From the NCBI GenBank assembly GCA_018061065.1, contig JAGOUV010000001.1, forward strand, positions 12,217 to 52,216: a stretch of 40,000 nucleotides of DNA. The letters are read 5' to 3'. Below are positions 1 to 9,142 of this stretch, one piece after another. The position numbers and the translations under genes were made by a program. Source of the DNA: Candidatus Altimarinota bacterium. GTDB taxonomy: Bacteria; Patescibacteriota; Gracilibacteria; UBA1369; UM-FILTER-53-11. The notes below the pieces were generated by a model. That model was given only the letters and a program-made list of their open reading frames with translations. It was not told where the DNA came from and ran no database searches. How positions within the stretch are numbered: position 1 is the stretch's first letter; the number at the start of each line of letters is the position of its first letter.

Positions 1-373
1 CCAAATGCGTCTCGTGAATAAAACTAGGGGAGTTATTACCCAGAAAAACACTGAGCGACTCATACGTCGCGTCTTCTTCTAACATAATTTTCAGAAAATA
101 TAATCCATGTTGCGGCGTCTGCTCGCTCATAATCGAGGTAAGTTTCAGCTTCGCGCCTTTTGCTACCGTAATTTCAATCATATTACTGCCCGGATCAAAT
201 TCATGCATTTTCAGCTCAAATGTTGTCCCCGGCGCAATAATCATATGCATTTTGCGTCCACTAAATTCGTCAAAAGCACCTCGTATTCTGTTATACGACT
301 GCATGCGCTGGTTTTTCCCTGCGGTGACCGCCAGCGTTTTTATAAGATCATTTTCTGAAAGTGTTTTCCACAT
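1..373 (-). CDS. sufD: SufD-like Fe-S cluster assembly protein (SufB/SufD family), N-terminal part; the ORF runs off the left edge
   Basis: My own minus-strand translation from the ATG at 373-371 reads MWKTLSENDLIKTLAVTAGKNQRMQSYNRIRGAFDEF...IEITVAKGAKLKLTSIMSEQ... and stays open to position 1. It lies 27 nt downstream of sufB in the sufC-sufB-sufD order. It is absent from the ORF track because no stop falls inside the window. The + strand ORF 107..358 is its antisense shadow. Confidence 0.55.
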   Translation of the reverse strand, partial: MWKTLSENDLIKTLAVTAGKNQRMQSYNRIRGAFDEFSGRKMHMIIAPGTTFELKMHEFDPGSNMIEITVAKGAKLKLTSIMSEQTPQHGLYFLKIMLEEDATYESLSVFLGNNSPSFIHETHL

Positions 374-400
374 AAATGAAAATCAGTGCGAAAAATAATA

Positions 401-1816
401 TCAACCAACAGCGCCCAATGTCTCCATCTCAAGCTCAATTAAACGATTCATTTCAACTGCGTATTCCAGTGGCATTGCCTTTACAATCGGCTCAATAAAG
501 CCATTTACAATCATCGCCATCGCTTCATCTTCACTGATACCGCGACTCATCAAATAAAATAACTGCTCCTCACTAATTTTCCCCACAGTCGCCTCATGTC
601 CAATCGAAACATCGTTTTCCGCGATCTTCATATCCGGAATCGTGTCAGAAATAGAGTAGTCATCCAAGATCAATGCATCGCATTTTACTTGTGCCTTTGC
701 GCCGATTGCACCTTTTAGAATATGTAATAATCCGCGATACACCGACGTTCCGCCTCCCTTACTAATACTTTTCATCACCACTTTTGAGGTCGTATGTTTT
801 CCCACATGGATAACTTTTGCGCCCGTGTCTTGAATCTGTCCTTTGTTTGCAAATGCGATTCCAAGATGATCTGCATGCGAATAATCTCCTTTCAAAATAC
901 TGCAGGGGTACAACATTGTTGCGCCACTTCCCATATTTCCACCCACCCATTCCATCACGCCGTGTGAGTCCACAATGGCGCGCTTCGTATTAAGGTTATA
1001 GGTATTGCGGCTCCAGTTTTCAACGCTTGAGTAGCGGAAGCGTGCGTTCTCTTTTACATAGACTTCAACAAGCCCCGCATGAATCGACGGTGTCTCATAT
1101 TTTGCTGCAGAACAACCTTCAATATAATTTCCACCCGCGCCTTCTTCTACAATAATAAGCGTGTGTTCAAACTGTCCCATGGAGCTGGCGTTCATGCGGA
1201 AATACGCTTGCAGCGGTTTATCAACATGAACTCCTTTTGGAATATAAATAAAAGTACCGCCGCTCCAGACTGCGCCGTGAAGTGCCGCAAATTTGTGATC
1301 GTGCATGGTGACACAGCGCATAAAATACTGCTTCACTAAATCCGGATATAACTTGAGTGCGCTGTCCATATCCTCAAAAATCACGCCTTGCGAAGCATAT
1401 TCTTCTTTGAGTTTGTGATAGACGTTATTGCTTTCGTACTGCGCCCCGGCGCCTGCCAGGTATTTGCGCTCTGCCTCGGGAATTCCCAATTTTTCAAACG
1501 TTCGCTTAATTTCATCCGGTACATCTTCCCACTTGGTGGCATTCTGAACTTCACCAGGCTTTGCATAATAAATAATCTCATCAAATTTAAGCCCGGATAA
1601 ATCGGGTCCCCATGTAGGCAGCGGTTTGGAAAGAAACACCTCAAGGGATTTGAGCCGGTGTTCACGCATCCAATCGGGTTCTTCTTTTTCTTTTGACATA
1701 CGCTCAACCAATGCCTTGCTCAAGCCTTTTTGCACGCCTGACATATACGCCGTTGAGTCGGCATCATCGAGCGTGTTGCGATTTAAATTGTTTACGTAGT
1801 CTAAGGTAACGGTCAT
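401..1816 (-). CDS. sufB: Fe-S cluster assembly protein SufB
   Basis: The 471-aa ORF carries SufB-type blocks (GGNYIEGCSA, VIHVGKHTTSKVVMKSIS, HEATVGKISEEQLFYLMSRGISEDEA). Its start overlaps the sufC stop by 4 nt (1813-1816). Confidence 0.95.
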   Translation of the reverse strand: MTVTLDYVNNLNRNTLDDADSTAYMSGVQKGLSKALVERMSKEKEEPDWMREHRLKSLEVFLSKPLPTWGPDLSGLKFDEIIYYAKPGEVQNATKWEDVPDEIKRTFEKLGIPEAERKYLAGAGAQYESNNVYHKLKEEYASQGVIFEDMDSALKLYPDLVKQYFMRCVTMHDHKFAALHGAVWSGGTFIYIPKGVHVDKPLQAYFRMNASSMGQFEHTLIIVEEGAGGNYIEGCSAAKYETPSIHAGLVEVYVKENARFRYSSVENWSRNTYNLNTKRAIVDSHGVMEWVGGNMGSGATMLYPCSILKGDYSHADHLGIAFANKGQIQDTGAKVIHVGKHTTSKVVMKSISKGGGTSVYRGLLHILKGAIGAKAQVKCDALILDDYSISDTIPDMKIAENDVSIGHEATVGKISEEQLFYLMSRGISEDEAMAMIVNGFIEPIVKAMPLEYAVEMNRLIELEMETLGAVG

Positions 1817-2589
1817 AGAATTGATTGATAATCACTCGTCACTAATTGGTGTTCTCTAATCCAGTCATAACCTTCTTTCTCCACTTTTTCACTGAGTTCT
1901 GGTCCGCCGGACATGACAATTTTTCCATTGATCATAATGTGCACAAAGTGCGGCTGCACATAATGTAAGATGCGTTGATAATGAGTAATAACGAGCATCC
2001 CGCGTTTGGGTGAGGCGAGCTTATTGATGCCCTCACTTACCGTGCGCAATGCATCGACATCCAAGCCCGAATCCGTTTCATCTAGAATGGCAATTTTCGG
2101 CTCAAGTAAAGCCATTTGAATAATCTCCACTTTCTTTTTTTCACCACCAGAAAAGCCTTCATTAACTGAGCGATTCATAAAGTTTGCTGCCAATGAAAAT
2201 TCCTTTAATTTTTCACGCAATAATTTTCTAAACGCCATGGGATGTAATGCTTCCAGTCCGCGCGCCTTACGTACCGCATTCACCGCAGACTGCAAAAATG
2301 ACGATACGCTGACCCCCGGAATTTCTTTAGGATACTGAAACGCCAAGAAAATTCCTTTTTGTGCGCGCTTATCTGCTTTGAGCGTCGTTAAGTCATCACT
2401 TCCCATGGTTATTGTTCCCGCAGTAATTTTGTACTTGGGATGTCCCATAATCGTATTCGCCAAAGTCGATTTACCTGAGCCATTCGGCCCCATTATTGCA
2501 TGAATCTCCCCCGGTTTAATGGTGAGCGTAACGCCATTGACGATGGCTTTTTCTTCAACGTTTATGTGTAGGTTGTTGATCTGAAACAC
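1813..2589 (-). CDS. sufC: Fe-S cluster assembly ATPase SufC
   Basis: Walker A GPNGSGKST, ABC signature FSGGEKKK and Walker B ILDETDSGLD are present, with a SufC-like N terminus. The start codon is GTG at 2589-2587. Confidence 0.95.
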   Translation of the reverse strand: MFQINNLHINVEEKAIVNGVTLTIKPGEIHAIMGPNGSGKSTLANTIMGHPKYKITAGTITMGSDDLTTLKADKRAQKGIFLAFQYPKEIPGVSVSSFLQSAVNAVRKARGLEALHPMAFRKLLREKLKEFSLAANFMNRSVNEGFSGGEKKKVEIIQMALLEPKIAILDETDSGLDVDALRTVSEGINKLASPKRGMLVITHYQRILHYVQPHFVHIMINGKIVMSGGPELSEKVEKEGYDWIREHQLVTSDYQSIL

Positions 2590-2615
2590 AAGTAAGAGAG
2601 GTTAGTAGTTAGTGA

Positions 2616-3026
2616 TTAGTTGAGTGTGTCGGCGAGCGTCTTGCTGCTTAAATAATTTTTGAGGAGCTCGGTCGCGCCTTGCCAGGTTTGTTTCATACCG
2701 CAGCCAGCTTCACAGTGACAGGCATCTTTTTTTTCAGAGCTGCATTTTACGGGTTCCACAGGTCCTTCAAGTGCCTCAAGAACTTGTATGAGAGTGATTT
2801 CACTTGGTTTCCTGGTCAGGCTATAGCCACCGCCTTTGCCTTCTTTGCTATTCAATAACCCAGCCTCTTTTAATGTCGTGGCCAATTGAGAAATATACTT
2901 GAGTGATAACTTTTTTTCTTCAGCAATCTCACTCAGTGAAACCTGAGCTTTCCCCGCTGCTTGTGCATTAGCAATTGCGGTAAGCATCAAGAGTCCGTAG
3001 TCGCCTTTTGTAGATATAGAGAACAT
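2616..3026 (-). CDS. Rrf2/IscR-family transcriptional regulator, probable regulator of the suf operon
   Basis: The N-terminal winged-helix region is typical of Rrf2 proteins (STKGDYGLLMLTAIA...LSEIAEEKKLSLKYISQLATTLKEAGLL...KGGGYSL). A C-terminal Cys cluster (VKC..DACHCEAGC) could hold an Fe-S cluster. The gene lies directly upstream of sufC on the same strand. Confidence 0.85.
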   Translation of the reverse strand: MFSISTKGDYGLLMLTAIANAQAAGKAQVSLSEIAEEKKLSLKYISQLATTLKEAGLLNSKEGKGGGYSLTRKPSEITLIQVLEALEGPVEPVKCSSEKKDACHCEAGCGMKQTWQGATELLKNYLSSKTLADTLN

Positions 3027-3033
3027 AAATTGA

Positions 3034-3050
3034 ACTACTAGTGAAGTAGT
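3034..3050. promoter_or_regulatory. Inverted repeat ACTACT-N5-AGTAGT in the leader of the Rrf2 gene (candidate operator)
   Basis: The repeat has perfect 6-bp arms and sits 8 nt upstream of the Rrf2 start codon. It is just downstream of a minus-sense TATACT hexamer (3059-3054). Confidence 0.35.
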
Positions 3051-3118
3051 AGGAGTATAGGTCTTTGTACCTTAATAATCAAGTCCCAATAAGTAATTAA
3101 ATTCGTTATACTATCAGC

Positions 3119-3913
3119 ATGTTCCAATCTCCTGGTGCCATTGCGTTAGAACTCGGTCCGCTCATGATTCGCTGGTACGGAATTATGATCGTAACGGGTA
3201 TCGTATGTGCTTATTTTTTGTCGCGGCATTTAGCAAGAAAGCGCGGAATCGATCCACTCCATATTGAAAATATGGCCTTATGGCTCGTGCTTATAGGTGT
3301 TATCGGTGCGCGTCTTTACTATGTGCTTTTTAACCTCTCGTTTTTCCTTGAGCATCCGCTTGATATCGTAAAAATCTGGAATGGGGGACTGGCAATTCAC
3401 GGTGGATTGATTGCCGGAGCGCTCACTTTTTTCTGGTACTGCAAAAAACATAACATTTCCTTGCTCAATGGCGCGGATGTTTTAGCGCCGGGACTTATTT
3501 TGGCACAAGCGATTGGACGGTGGGGAAATTTTTTCAACAGTGAGGCGTTTGGAAGTCCTACAAATCTCCCTTGGAAGGTTTTCATTCCTGTTGATGCGCG
3601 TCCATCACAATTTAAAGACATTGAATATTTTCATCCTACGTTTTTATACGAATCACTTTGGAATCTTTTGGTCTTTGTTTTGCTCATGATTTTATTCCGC
3701 AGCAGCTATGGGAAAAAACATCCCGGTACCCTTCTTTTTGTTTATATGATCGCCTATTCGATTGGTCGTTTTTTTATAGAAGGATTACGAACTGACAGTC
3801 TTTACATTGGACCTTTACGTACTGCACAAGTGGTGAGTTTAATACTGTGTGCCGCAGGAATTATTGGTTTGATTTTGATACGGAAGAGGCATAGCATTAA
3901 AGATACCTTTTAA
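3119..3913 (+). CDS. lgt: Prolipoprotein diacylglyceryl transferase
   Basis: The Lgt signature GRWGNFFNSEAFG is present in a polytopic membrane protein of typical length (264 aa). Confidence 0.95.
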   Translation: MFQSPGAIALELGPLMIRWYGIMIVTGIVCAYFLSRHLARKRGIDPLHIENMALWLVLIGVIGARLYYVLFNLSFFLEHPLDIVKIWNGGLAIHGGLIAGALTFFWYCKKHNISLLNGADVLAPGLILAQAIGRWGNFFNSEAFGSPTNLPWKVFIPVDARPSQFKDIEYFHPTFLYESLWNLLVFVLLMILFRSSYGKKHPGTLLFVYMIAYSIGRFFIEGLRTDSLYIGPLRTAQVVSLILCAAGIIGLILIRKRHSIKDTF

Positions 3914-3943
3914 AGGTATTTTTAGTTCTTAACTCCCTTTTCT

Positions 3944-4309
3944 ATGGAGACAAAGTTCTTCTTTAAGCACATGCTGCAACAAGACCAAGAGCGTCTTATG
4001 GAGTACTTCGAGAAGAAAATTCCCAAGCTGCAGAAGCTGCTCACGCACTTTTCTCAGGATGACATCATGCTTCAAGTGAAGGGTGAGTATTTTAAGAAGC
4101 ACAATGCGTTTAATGTGGAAGTAGTTTTAAAGGCAGCGGGCACCACAATTAATTCTAATGAGACAAGTCATTCACTGACAAAGGCGGTTGATTTGGCAAA
4201 AGATCGTCTTGAGATGCAAATCAAAAAAGATACTTCGGTATTCACGCGTAAGCATCGCAATATCAAACAGCGCAGTAGCTTGAAGCAATTAGTGCTGCAG
4301 GAAGTATAA
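3944..4309 (+). CDS. hpf: Ribosome hibernation-promoting factor / RaiA (YfiA) family protein, short form
   Basis: At 121 aa, it follows the pattern typical of the sigma-54 modulation/HPF family (EKKIPKLQKLL...V.V......F.VEVVL.A.G..I.S.E.S.SL.KAVDLAKDRLEMQIKK). Confidence 0.65.
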   Translation: METKFFFKHMLQQDQERLMEYFEKKIPKLQKLLTHFSQDDIMLQVKGEYFKKHNAFNVEVVLKAAGTTINSNETSHSLTKAVDLAKDRLEMQIKKDTSVFTRKHRNIKQRSSLKQLVLQEV

Positions 4310-4793
4310 AAAATGCGAATGCGACGGTAACTTCTAACATGCGCACAACTTTTTTCCCCATCGTTTCGGTGGGGAATTTTGTTATATGCGTAAGATTATA
4401 GAGTGCCAATCCATAACTTACAAAAATCAAAAGACTGGCGAGCACTACGCCATCGTGTGTCGCCCAAAAACCGAGCTTTAGAGGTATGAGCATGCTTACA
4501 CCTGCCATAATACTGACGTGCATTATCTGATCCATTAAAAATCCGATGCCAAAACTTTTAGCATTTTTCTGGAGATGGACTTTTGTCATATCAACCAGAG
4601 CGTGAGTAGAAGCGATGACAATTAATCCCGCCCAAACACGAATATCATTTGACCAGACCAAGAGTGCCATTGCAACAAAATGCACACCTGCGTGAATACT
4701 GATGCCCGCGACACGATTTTCCTTGAGTCGCACCAGCCATCCGGGCTGGAGTAAATAATCACCGAGTAAATGTGCTACGAAGAGTGGATTCAT
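4263..4793 (-). CDS. Polytopic membrane protein, DUF3307-like
   Basis: The N-terminal motif VAHLLGDYLLQ resembles my recollection of DUF3307, and several hydrophobic helices are present. The gene lies 6 nt downstream of the cNMP-binding gene. Confidence 0.5.
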   Translation of the reverse strand: MNPLFVAHLLGDYLLQPGWLVRLKENRVAGISIHAGVHFVAMALLVWSNDIRVWAGLIVIASTHALVDMTKVHLQKNAKSFGIGFLMDQIMHVSIMAGVSMLIPLKLGFWATHDGVVLASLLIFVSYGLALYNLTHITKFPTETMGKKVVRMLEVTVAFAFFILPAALIASSYCAV

Positions 4794-4799
4794 AAAAAA

Positions 4800-5240
4800 C
4801 TAACTAGCTTGGTTGTTCTGTTTTACACGATCTATGAACTCTTGTGAAATTTTTGCTGCCGTTTCGGGCGCATTTTCCATGAGTTTCATGAAAACCTGTT
4901 TCTTCAATTCAAAAACTTCACACTCACCGAGGGCAGTTGCCGTTGCGTTGCGTGGCTCCTCAAACACAAAGGCCATCTCACCAAAAAATCCACCGTTAGA
5001 AAGTACTGCAACTTCTTTATCATCGCCGATCGGTTGCTTGCGACTAATCCGCACCATTCCATTTTTTAAAATATACATGCATGCATTTTCATCGATTGTC
5101 TGTCCTTCCTGAAAAAAAACATGACCTACCGGATAATAGTTCATCGTAATATTCTTAATAATCTCCTCGTGTTGAGCCTCATTAAGCGCCTCAAAGAGGG
5201 GAATCTGCTTGATAATAGGGAGCATGCCGGATATATCCAT
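4800..5240 (-). CDS. Stand-alone cyclic-nucleotide-binding domain protein
   Basis: The phosphate-binding-cassette pattern GGFFGEMAFVFEEPRNATATA (FGE...R.A) is present. At 146 aa there is no room for an effector or DNA-binding domain. Confidence 0.8.
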   Translation of the reverse strand: MDISGMLPIIKQIPLFEALNEAQHEEIIKNITMNYYPVGHVFFQEGQTIDENACMYILKNGMVRISRKQPIGDDKEVAVLSNGGFFGEMAFVFEEPRNATATALGECEVFELKKQVFMKLMENAPETAAKISQEFIDRVKQNNQAS

Positions 5241-5332
5241 ATGCGTTTTGTTTTATATAGTACTATTTTAACATAAATAACGTATATTAGCAATTATCAC
5301 TTATTTTAGTTTTATTGTAGAATCAACCTGTT

Positions 5333-7735
5333 ATGGCTCAAAAATATGACGCGGTTGCCACCGAACAAAAATGGCAGAAAAAATGGGAAGAGAGTGGCGT
5401 ACATACGACCGATCTCACCAGCAAAAAGCCCAAGTGGTATAACTTGGTGATGTTTCCGTATCCGTCGGGAGACAAGTTACACGTGGGACACTGGTATAAC
5501 TACGGACCTGCGGACTCATTTGCGCGCTATAAGAGAATGAATGGCTTCAATGTACTCGAACCGATGGGCTACGATAGCTTTGGTCTGCCTGCGGAAAATT
5601 ACGCGATCAAGACGGGAACTGCGCCACGCATCAGCACAGAGAAAAATATTGAGTACATGACCAAGCAGCTGACGGTGATTGGCACGATGTATGACTGGGA
5701 TAAAGCCGTAATTACCTCACGTCCCGATTATTATAAATGGACGCAGTGGTGTTTTTTGGAGTTGTATAAAAAAGGCTTAGCTTACAAGAAAGAAGCTCCC
5801 GTGAACTGGTGTCCAAAGGATCAAACTGTGCTTGCCAACGAGCAGGTAAAAGAGGGGATGTGTGATCGTTGTGGCAGTGAGGTGATGCAGAAAAATTTAA
5901 CACAGTGGTTTTTCAAAATTACTGATTATTGTGAAGATTTATTGAAGCATGAAGGCTTAGATTGGCCTGAGAAAACTAAAATCATGCAGACGAACTGGAT
6001 TGGAAAGAAGACGGGTATCAATATTGATTATCAAGTAAAGGGTCTGGATGAAAAAATTACCGTTTTTACTACGCGACCTGATACAAATTTTGGTGCAACG
6101 TTTTTGGTCGTTGCGCCTGATGGCGTTTTTGTGAAGACACACATGGAAAAATTTCCAAATAAAAAAGATGTTGAGGAATATGTGGAGAAATCATTGCGTA
6201 AGACAGAGCTGGAGCGCATGGCTGAGGGCAAAAAAAAGACGGGTGCTTTTACGGGTCTCTATGCTATTAATAATTTAAATGGTCGTGAGATGCCCATTTA
6301 TGTTGGTGATTTTGTCCTGGGGAATTTTGGTACAGGAAATGTGGTTGCAGTGCCTGCACATGATCTACGCGATTTTGATTTCGCACAGGCGATGAATCTG
6401 GATATTATCCGTGTTGTGGTGGGGAAAGATGGCGATGCTTCAGAAATTACCAAAGCAGATCAAGTTCAAGAAGAAGAGGGAACGATGATCAACAGTGATT
6501 TTTTGAATGGATTGGATATTCATGTGGCAACGCAGAAAATCATGGATTACCTGGAAGAAAAGGGCTGGGGTAAGCGGATTGTGAGCTATCGTCTGCGCGA
6601 CTGGCTCTTGTCACGTCAGCGCTACTGGGGTGCGCCGATTCCGATCATCAATTGTGTGAAGTGCGGAGAAGTGCCCGTGCCTGAAAAAGATCTCCCCGTT
6701 GTCTTGCCGGAGCAGGGCGTGGATTATTTGCCCAAGGGTAAGGCACCGCTGGCGAGTGTAGATTATTTTATGAACACGCAGTGTCCTACATGTGGTGGCC
6801 CCGCAACGCGTGAGCCGGATACGATGGATACATTTGTAGATTCCAGCTGGTACTTCTTGCGCTATCTCTCGCCCAAAAAAGACGATGCTGCCTTTGATCC
6901 TGAGTTGATTAAGAAGTGGTTGCCCGTCGATCTGTATATTGGTGGTCCTGAGCACGCCTGTATGCATTTATTGTATGCGCGCTTTATTCATAAAGTGTTG
7001 GTCAATGATCGTAAGTCCGAACCTTTTAAGAAGTTGGTGCACCAGGGGTTGATTACGAAAGATGGTGCAAAGATGAGTAAATCAAAGGGCAATGTGGTCT
7101 CACCGGACGAGTTTGTTGCAAAGTACGGCAGTGATGTTTTTCGCATATATCTCATGTTCATGGGGCCGTTCACCGATGGTGGTGATTGGAATGATCGAGG
7201 TATTACAGGTATCGCGCGCTTTGCGCAGCGCGTCTGGGATATTATGAGTAGCGAAGATCTGAAGGAAGATAACAAGGAGTCTCTACGCGCTATTCATAAT
7301 GCGATTAAAAAAGTGAGTGAGGATATTGAGACTTTCCACTTCAATACCGCACTCTCGTGTTTTATGGAGCTGGTGAATTTAGTTTTGCATACGGGACTCA
7401 CGCACGATTCCAAAATGAAGTTTGCTCAGATTATTGCGCCACTGGCACCACACTTAGCTGAAGAAGCTTGGGAATTATTAGGACAAAAAGAGAGCATTTT
7501 TACTTCCACATGGCCAACATATGATAAGAGCATGTTGGTGGCAGAGAGCTTTGAGCTCGTGATTCAGGTGAACGGAAAAGTTCGTGGTCGTGTAACTGCA
7601 TCTATGGGGATCACGGAAAAAGAGGCGATGGAGCTTGCTCATCAGAATGAGGCCACCAAGCCACATATTGATGGCAAAAAAATCGTTAAGGTTATCTACG
7701 TACCCAACAAACTGCTGAATATTGTAGCGGTATAA
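5333..7735 (+). CDS. leuS: Leucyl-tRNA synthetase
   Basis: The 800-aa protein has a class I HIGH-type motif (PSGDKLHVGH) and KMSKSKGN, with LeuS architecture throughout. Confidence 0.97.
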   Translation: MAQKYDAVATEQKWQKKWEESGVHTTDLTSKKPKWYNLVMFPYPSGDKLHVGHWYNYGPADSFARYKRMNGFNVLEPMGYDSFGLPAENYAIKTGTAPRISTEKNIEYMTKQLTVIGTMYDWDKAVITSRPDYYKWTQWCFLELYKKGLAYKKEAPVNWCPKDQTVLANEQVKEGMCDRCGSEVMQKNLTQWFFKITDYCEDLLKHEGLDWPEKTKIMQTNWIGKKTGINIDYQVKGLDEKITVFTTRPDTNFGATFLVVAPDGVFVKTHMEKFPNKKDVEEYVEKSLRKTELERMAEGKKKTGAFTGLYAINNLNGREMPIYVGDFVLGNFGTGNVVAVPAHDLRDFDFAQAMNLDIIRVVVGKDGDASEITKADQVQEEEGTMINSDFLNGLDIHVATQKIMDYLEEKGWGKRIVSYRLRDWLLSRQRYWGAPIPIINCVKCGEVPVPEKDLPVVLPEQGVDYLPKGKAPLASVDYFMNTQCPTCGGPATREPDTMDTFVDSSWYFLRYLSPKKDDAAFDPELIKKWLPVDLYIGGPEHACMHLLYARFIHKVLVNDRKSEPFKKLVHQGLITKDGAKMSKSKGNVVSPDEFVAKYGSDVFRIYLMFMGPFTDGGDWNDRGITGIARFAQRVWDIMSSEDLKEDNKESLRAIHNAIKKVSEDIETFHFNTALSCFMELVNLVLHTGLTHDSKMKFAQIIAPLAPHLAEEAWELLGQKESIFTSTWPTYDKSMLVAESFELVIQVNGKVRGRVTASMGITEKEAMELAHQNEATKPHIDGKKIVKVIYVPNKLLNIVAV

Positions 7736-7745
7736 ATGAGGTTTC

Positions 7746-8297
7746 TTAGTATTGAATGATGCCTGCCGCGCGATGAATGAAGAACTGTTTTTCTGAGGTT
7801 CCCGCGCGCGCTTTTACATACAACATATTGGCGGAGTTCACGCGATCATTACAGTATAGCGATGTTTTTGCGGTACCTACCTCAAACATAATCACCGCAA
7901 AATTATTACACGGTAATTGTGCGTCACTCAGCGCAGTTACTGCCGCGCTACTTGGATTAAAAGTAAATGTTTCCACTGCAAGCTCATCTTGATCAATAAT
8001 ACGATTGGCACTCGATTCTTTTTCGGCAAAAACACGAACGGTATTTTGAGGCTGTTCACCAAATGAAAATACGACACCATACGCACTTATTTTTGCCTCA
8101 TTGGCGTTGTCTGTATTTTTATTACTAATTGCCAGCGCTCGCGCTCGCTGAACCATAAAAGTCACCTTATCCATGGCATTATTAAGCTGCAGCTGGCTTG
8201 TTAGGCTTCGTGAGCCACTCAACGCAGCAGCAGTCAGAATAATAATTATCGTCAGGGATATGAGTATTTCCAGGAGCGTGAAGCCACGGCGATTCAT
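7746..8297 (-). CDS. Type IV pilin-like pseudopilin (GspH/FimT-like minor pilin)
   Basis: The prepilin leader and methylation motif MNRRG|FTLLEILISLTIIIIL is present. I prefer the ATG at 8297, which gives a short leader, over the GTG at 8312 used in the ORF track. Confidence 0.8.
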   Translation of the reverse strand: MNRRGFTLLEILISLTIIIILTAAALSGSRSLTSQLQLNNAMDKVTFMVQRARALAISNKNTDNANEAKISAYGVVFSFGEQPQNTVRVFAEKESSANRIIDQDELAVETFTFNPSSAAVTALSDAQLPCNNFAVIMFEVGTAKTSLYCNDRVNSANMLYVKARAGTSEKQFFIHRAAGIIQY

Positions 8298-8311
8298 GGG
8301 ATTATTGTACA

Positions 8312-9142
8312 CTACTCAGTCTTCTCAACGTATTCAGTCTTTTTAAGTATGCCGCCCTTAACTGAGATTTCCCATTTGGCCATTTTAGATCCATCTACGT
8401 ATTCCTGCTCATTGAGGTGCAATCCACGGAAGCATGACCATGTCACCGTTTCGCCGCTGAGTGAGCCGCTGCATGGATCTACTTCTGCGCCAGTGGCAGT
8501 GTTATTAAGCAATTGAATATCTTCATACAGGGTAACGGTATCGTTATAGACGACTGCTAGCGTATCGCGCTTAGTAAAATCAAAAGATACCTCACCGGCA
8601 AATTTTCCGTCGCTATAGAGCGTTGGTGTTCCCTGTGGCACCAAATAACCAGAAGCCACATCTACATTTGGTCCCAAATGACATACAGAAAATGCATAAA
8701 AATCATTCTTCTCGGTCATCTGAATCTGACGCACAATTTTATTCTCAAGGTTGCGGACGTAGGTAGGAGTATATACGTTGAGATTCAAAGCTTTTCGTAG
8801 CTCTTCATCGGCAATAAGTGAGCTCAAAAGATCACCACCAGCGGTATCTCCATTCTGCATACCTGCACAATCGGGTTTTGTTGCAGTATTGGAAATATAA
8901 ACTGATGGAACCATTCCTGATGAGAATAATGTCCGTGGAATCATCCATTGTTTATAAGCTGAGAAATCCAGTGTTTTTTGTTCTGCAACAGTTACCTGTG
9001 CAGTGGTTGTAGCTGATGTTGGGGGAGTCGTTACGGTGGGTGTCTCTGGTGTAACGGGCGCTGTATCAACAGCAATTTTTCCGCATGCACTCAATGCAAT
9101 CACGGCTAATCCAATTGCGATACCTTTGCTAATCTTATTCAT
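8312..9142 (-). CDS. Lipoprotein of unknown function
   Basis: The signal peptide has a lipobox (GLAVIALSAC|GK) followed by a Thr/Pro-rich linker and a Cys-containing globular part. It overlaps the rsmI stop by 4 nt. Confidence 0.7.
   Translation of the reverse strand: MNKISKGIAIGLAVIALSACGKIAVDTAPVTPETPTVTTPPTSATTTAQVTVAEQKTLDFSAYKQWMIPRTLFSSGMVPSVYISNTATKPDCAGMQNGDTAGGDLLSSLIADEELRKALNLNVYTPTYVRNLENKIVRQIQMTEKNDFYAFSVCHLGPNVDVASGYLVPQGTPTLYSDGKFAGEVSFDFTKRDTLAVVYNDTVTLYEDIQLLNNTATGAEVDPCSGSLSGETVTWSCFRGLHLNEQEYVDGSKMAKWEISVKGGILKKTEYVEKTE

Noticed and set aside
5241-5332. A T-box leader upstream of leuS.
   Set aside because: The region is only 92 nt of AT-rich sequence, with no specifier hairpin, T-box sequence or terminator/antiterminator pair. 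A -10-like hexamer lies 9 nt from the ATG.
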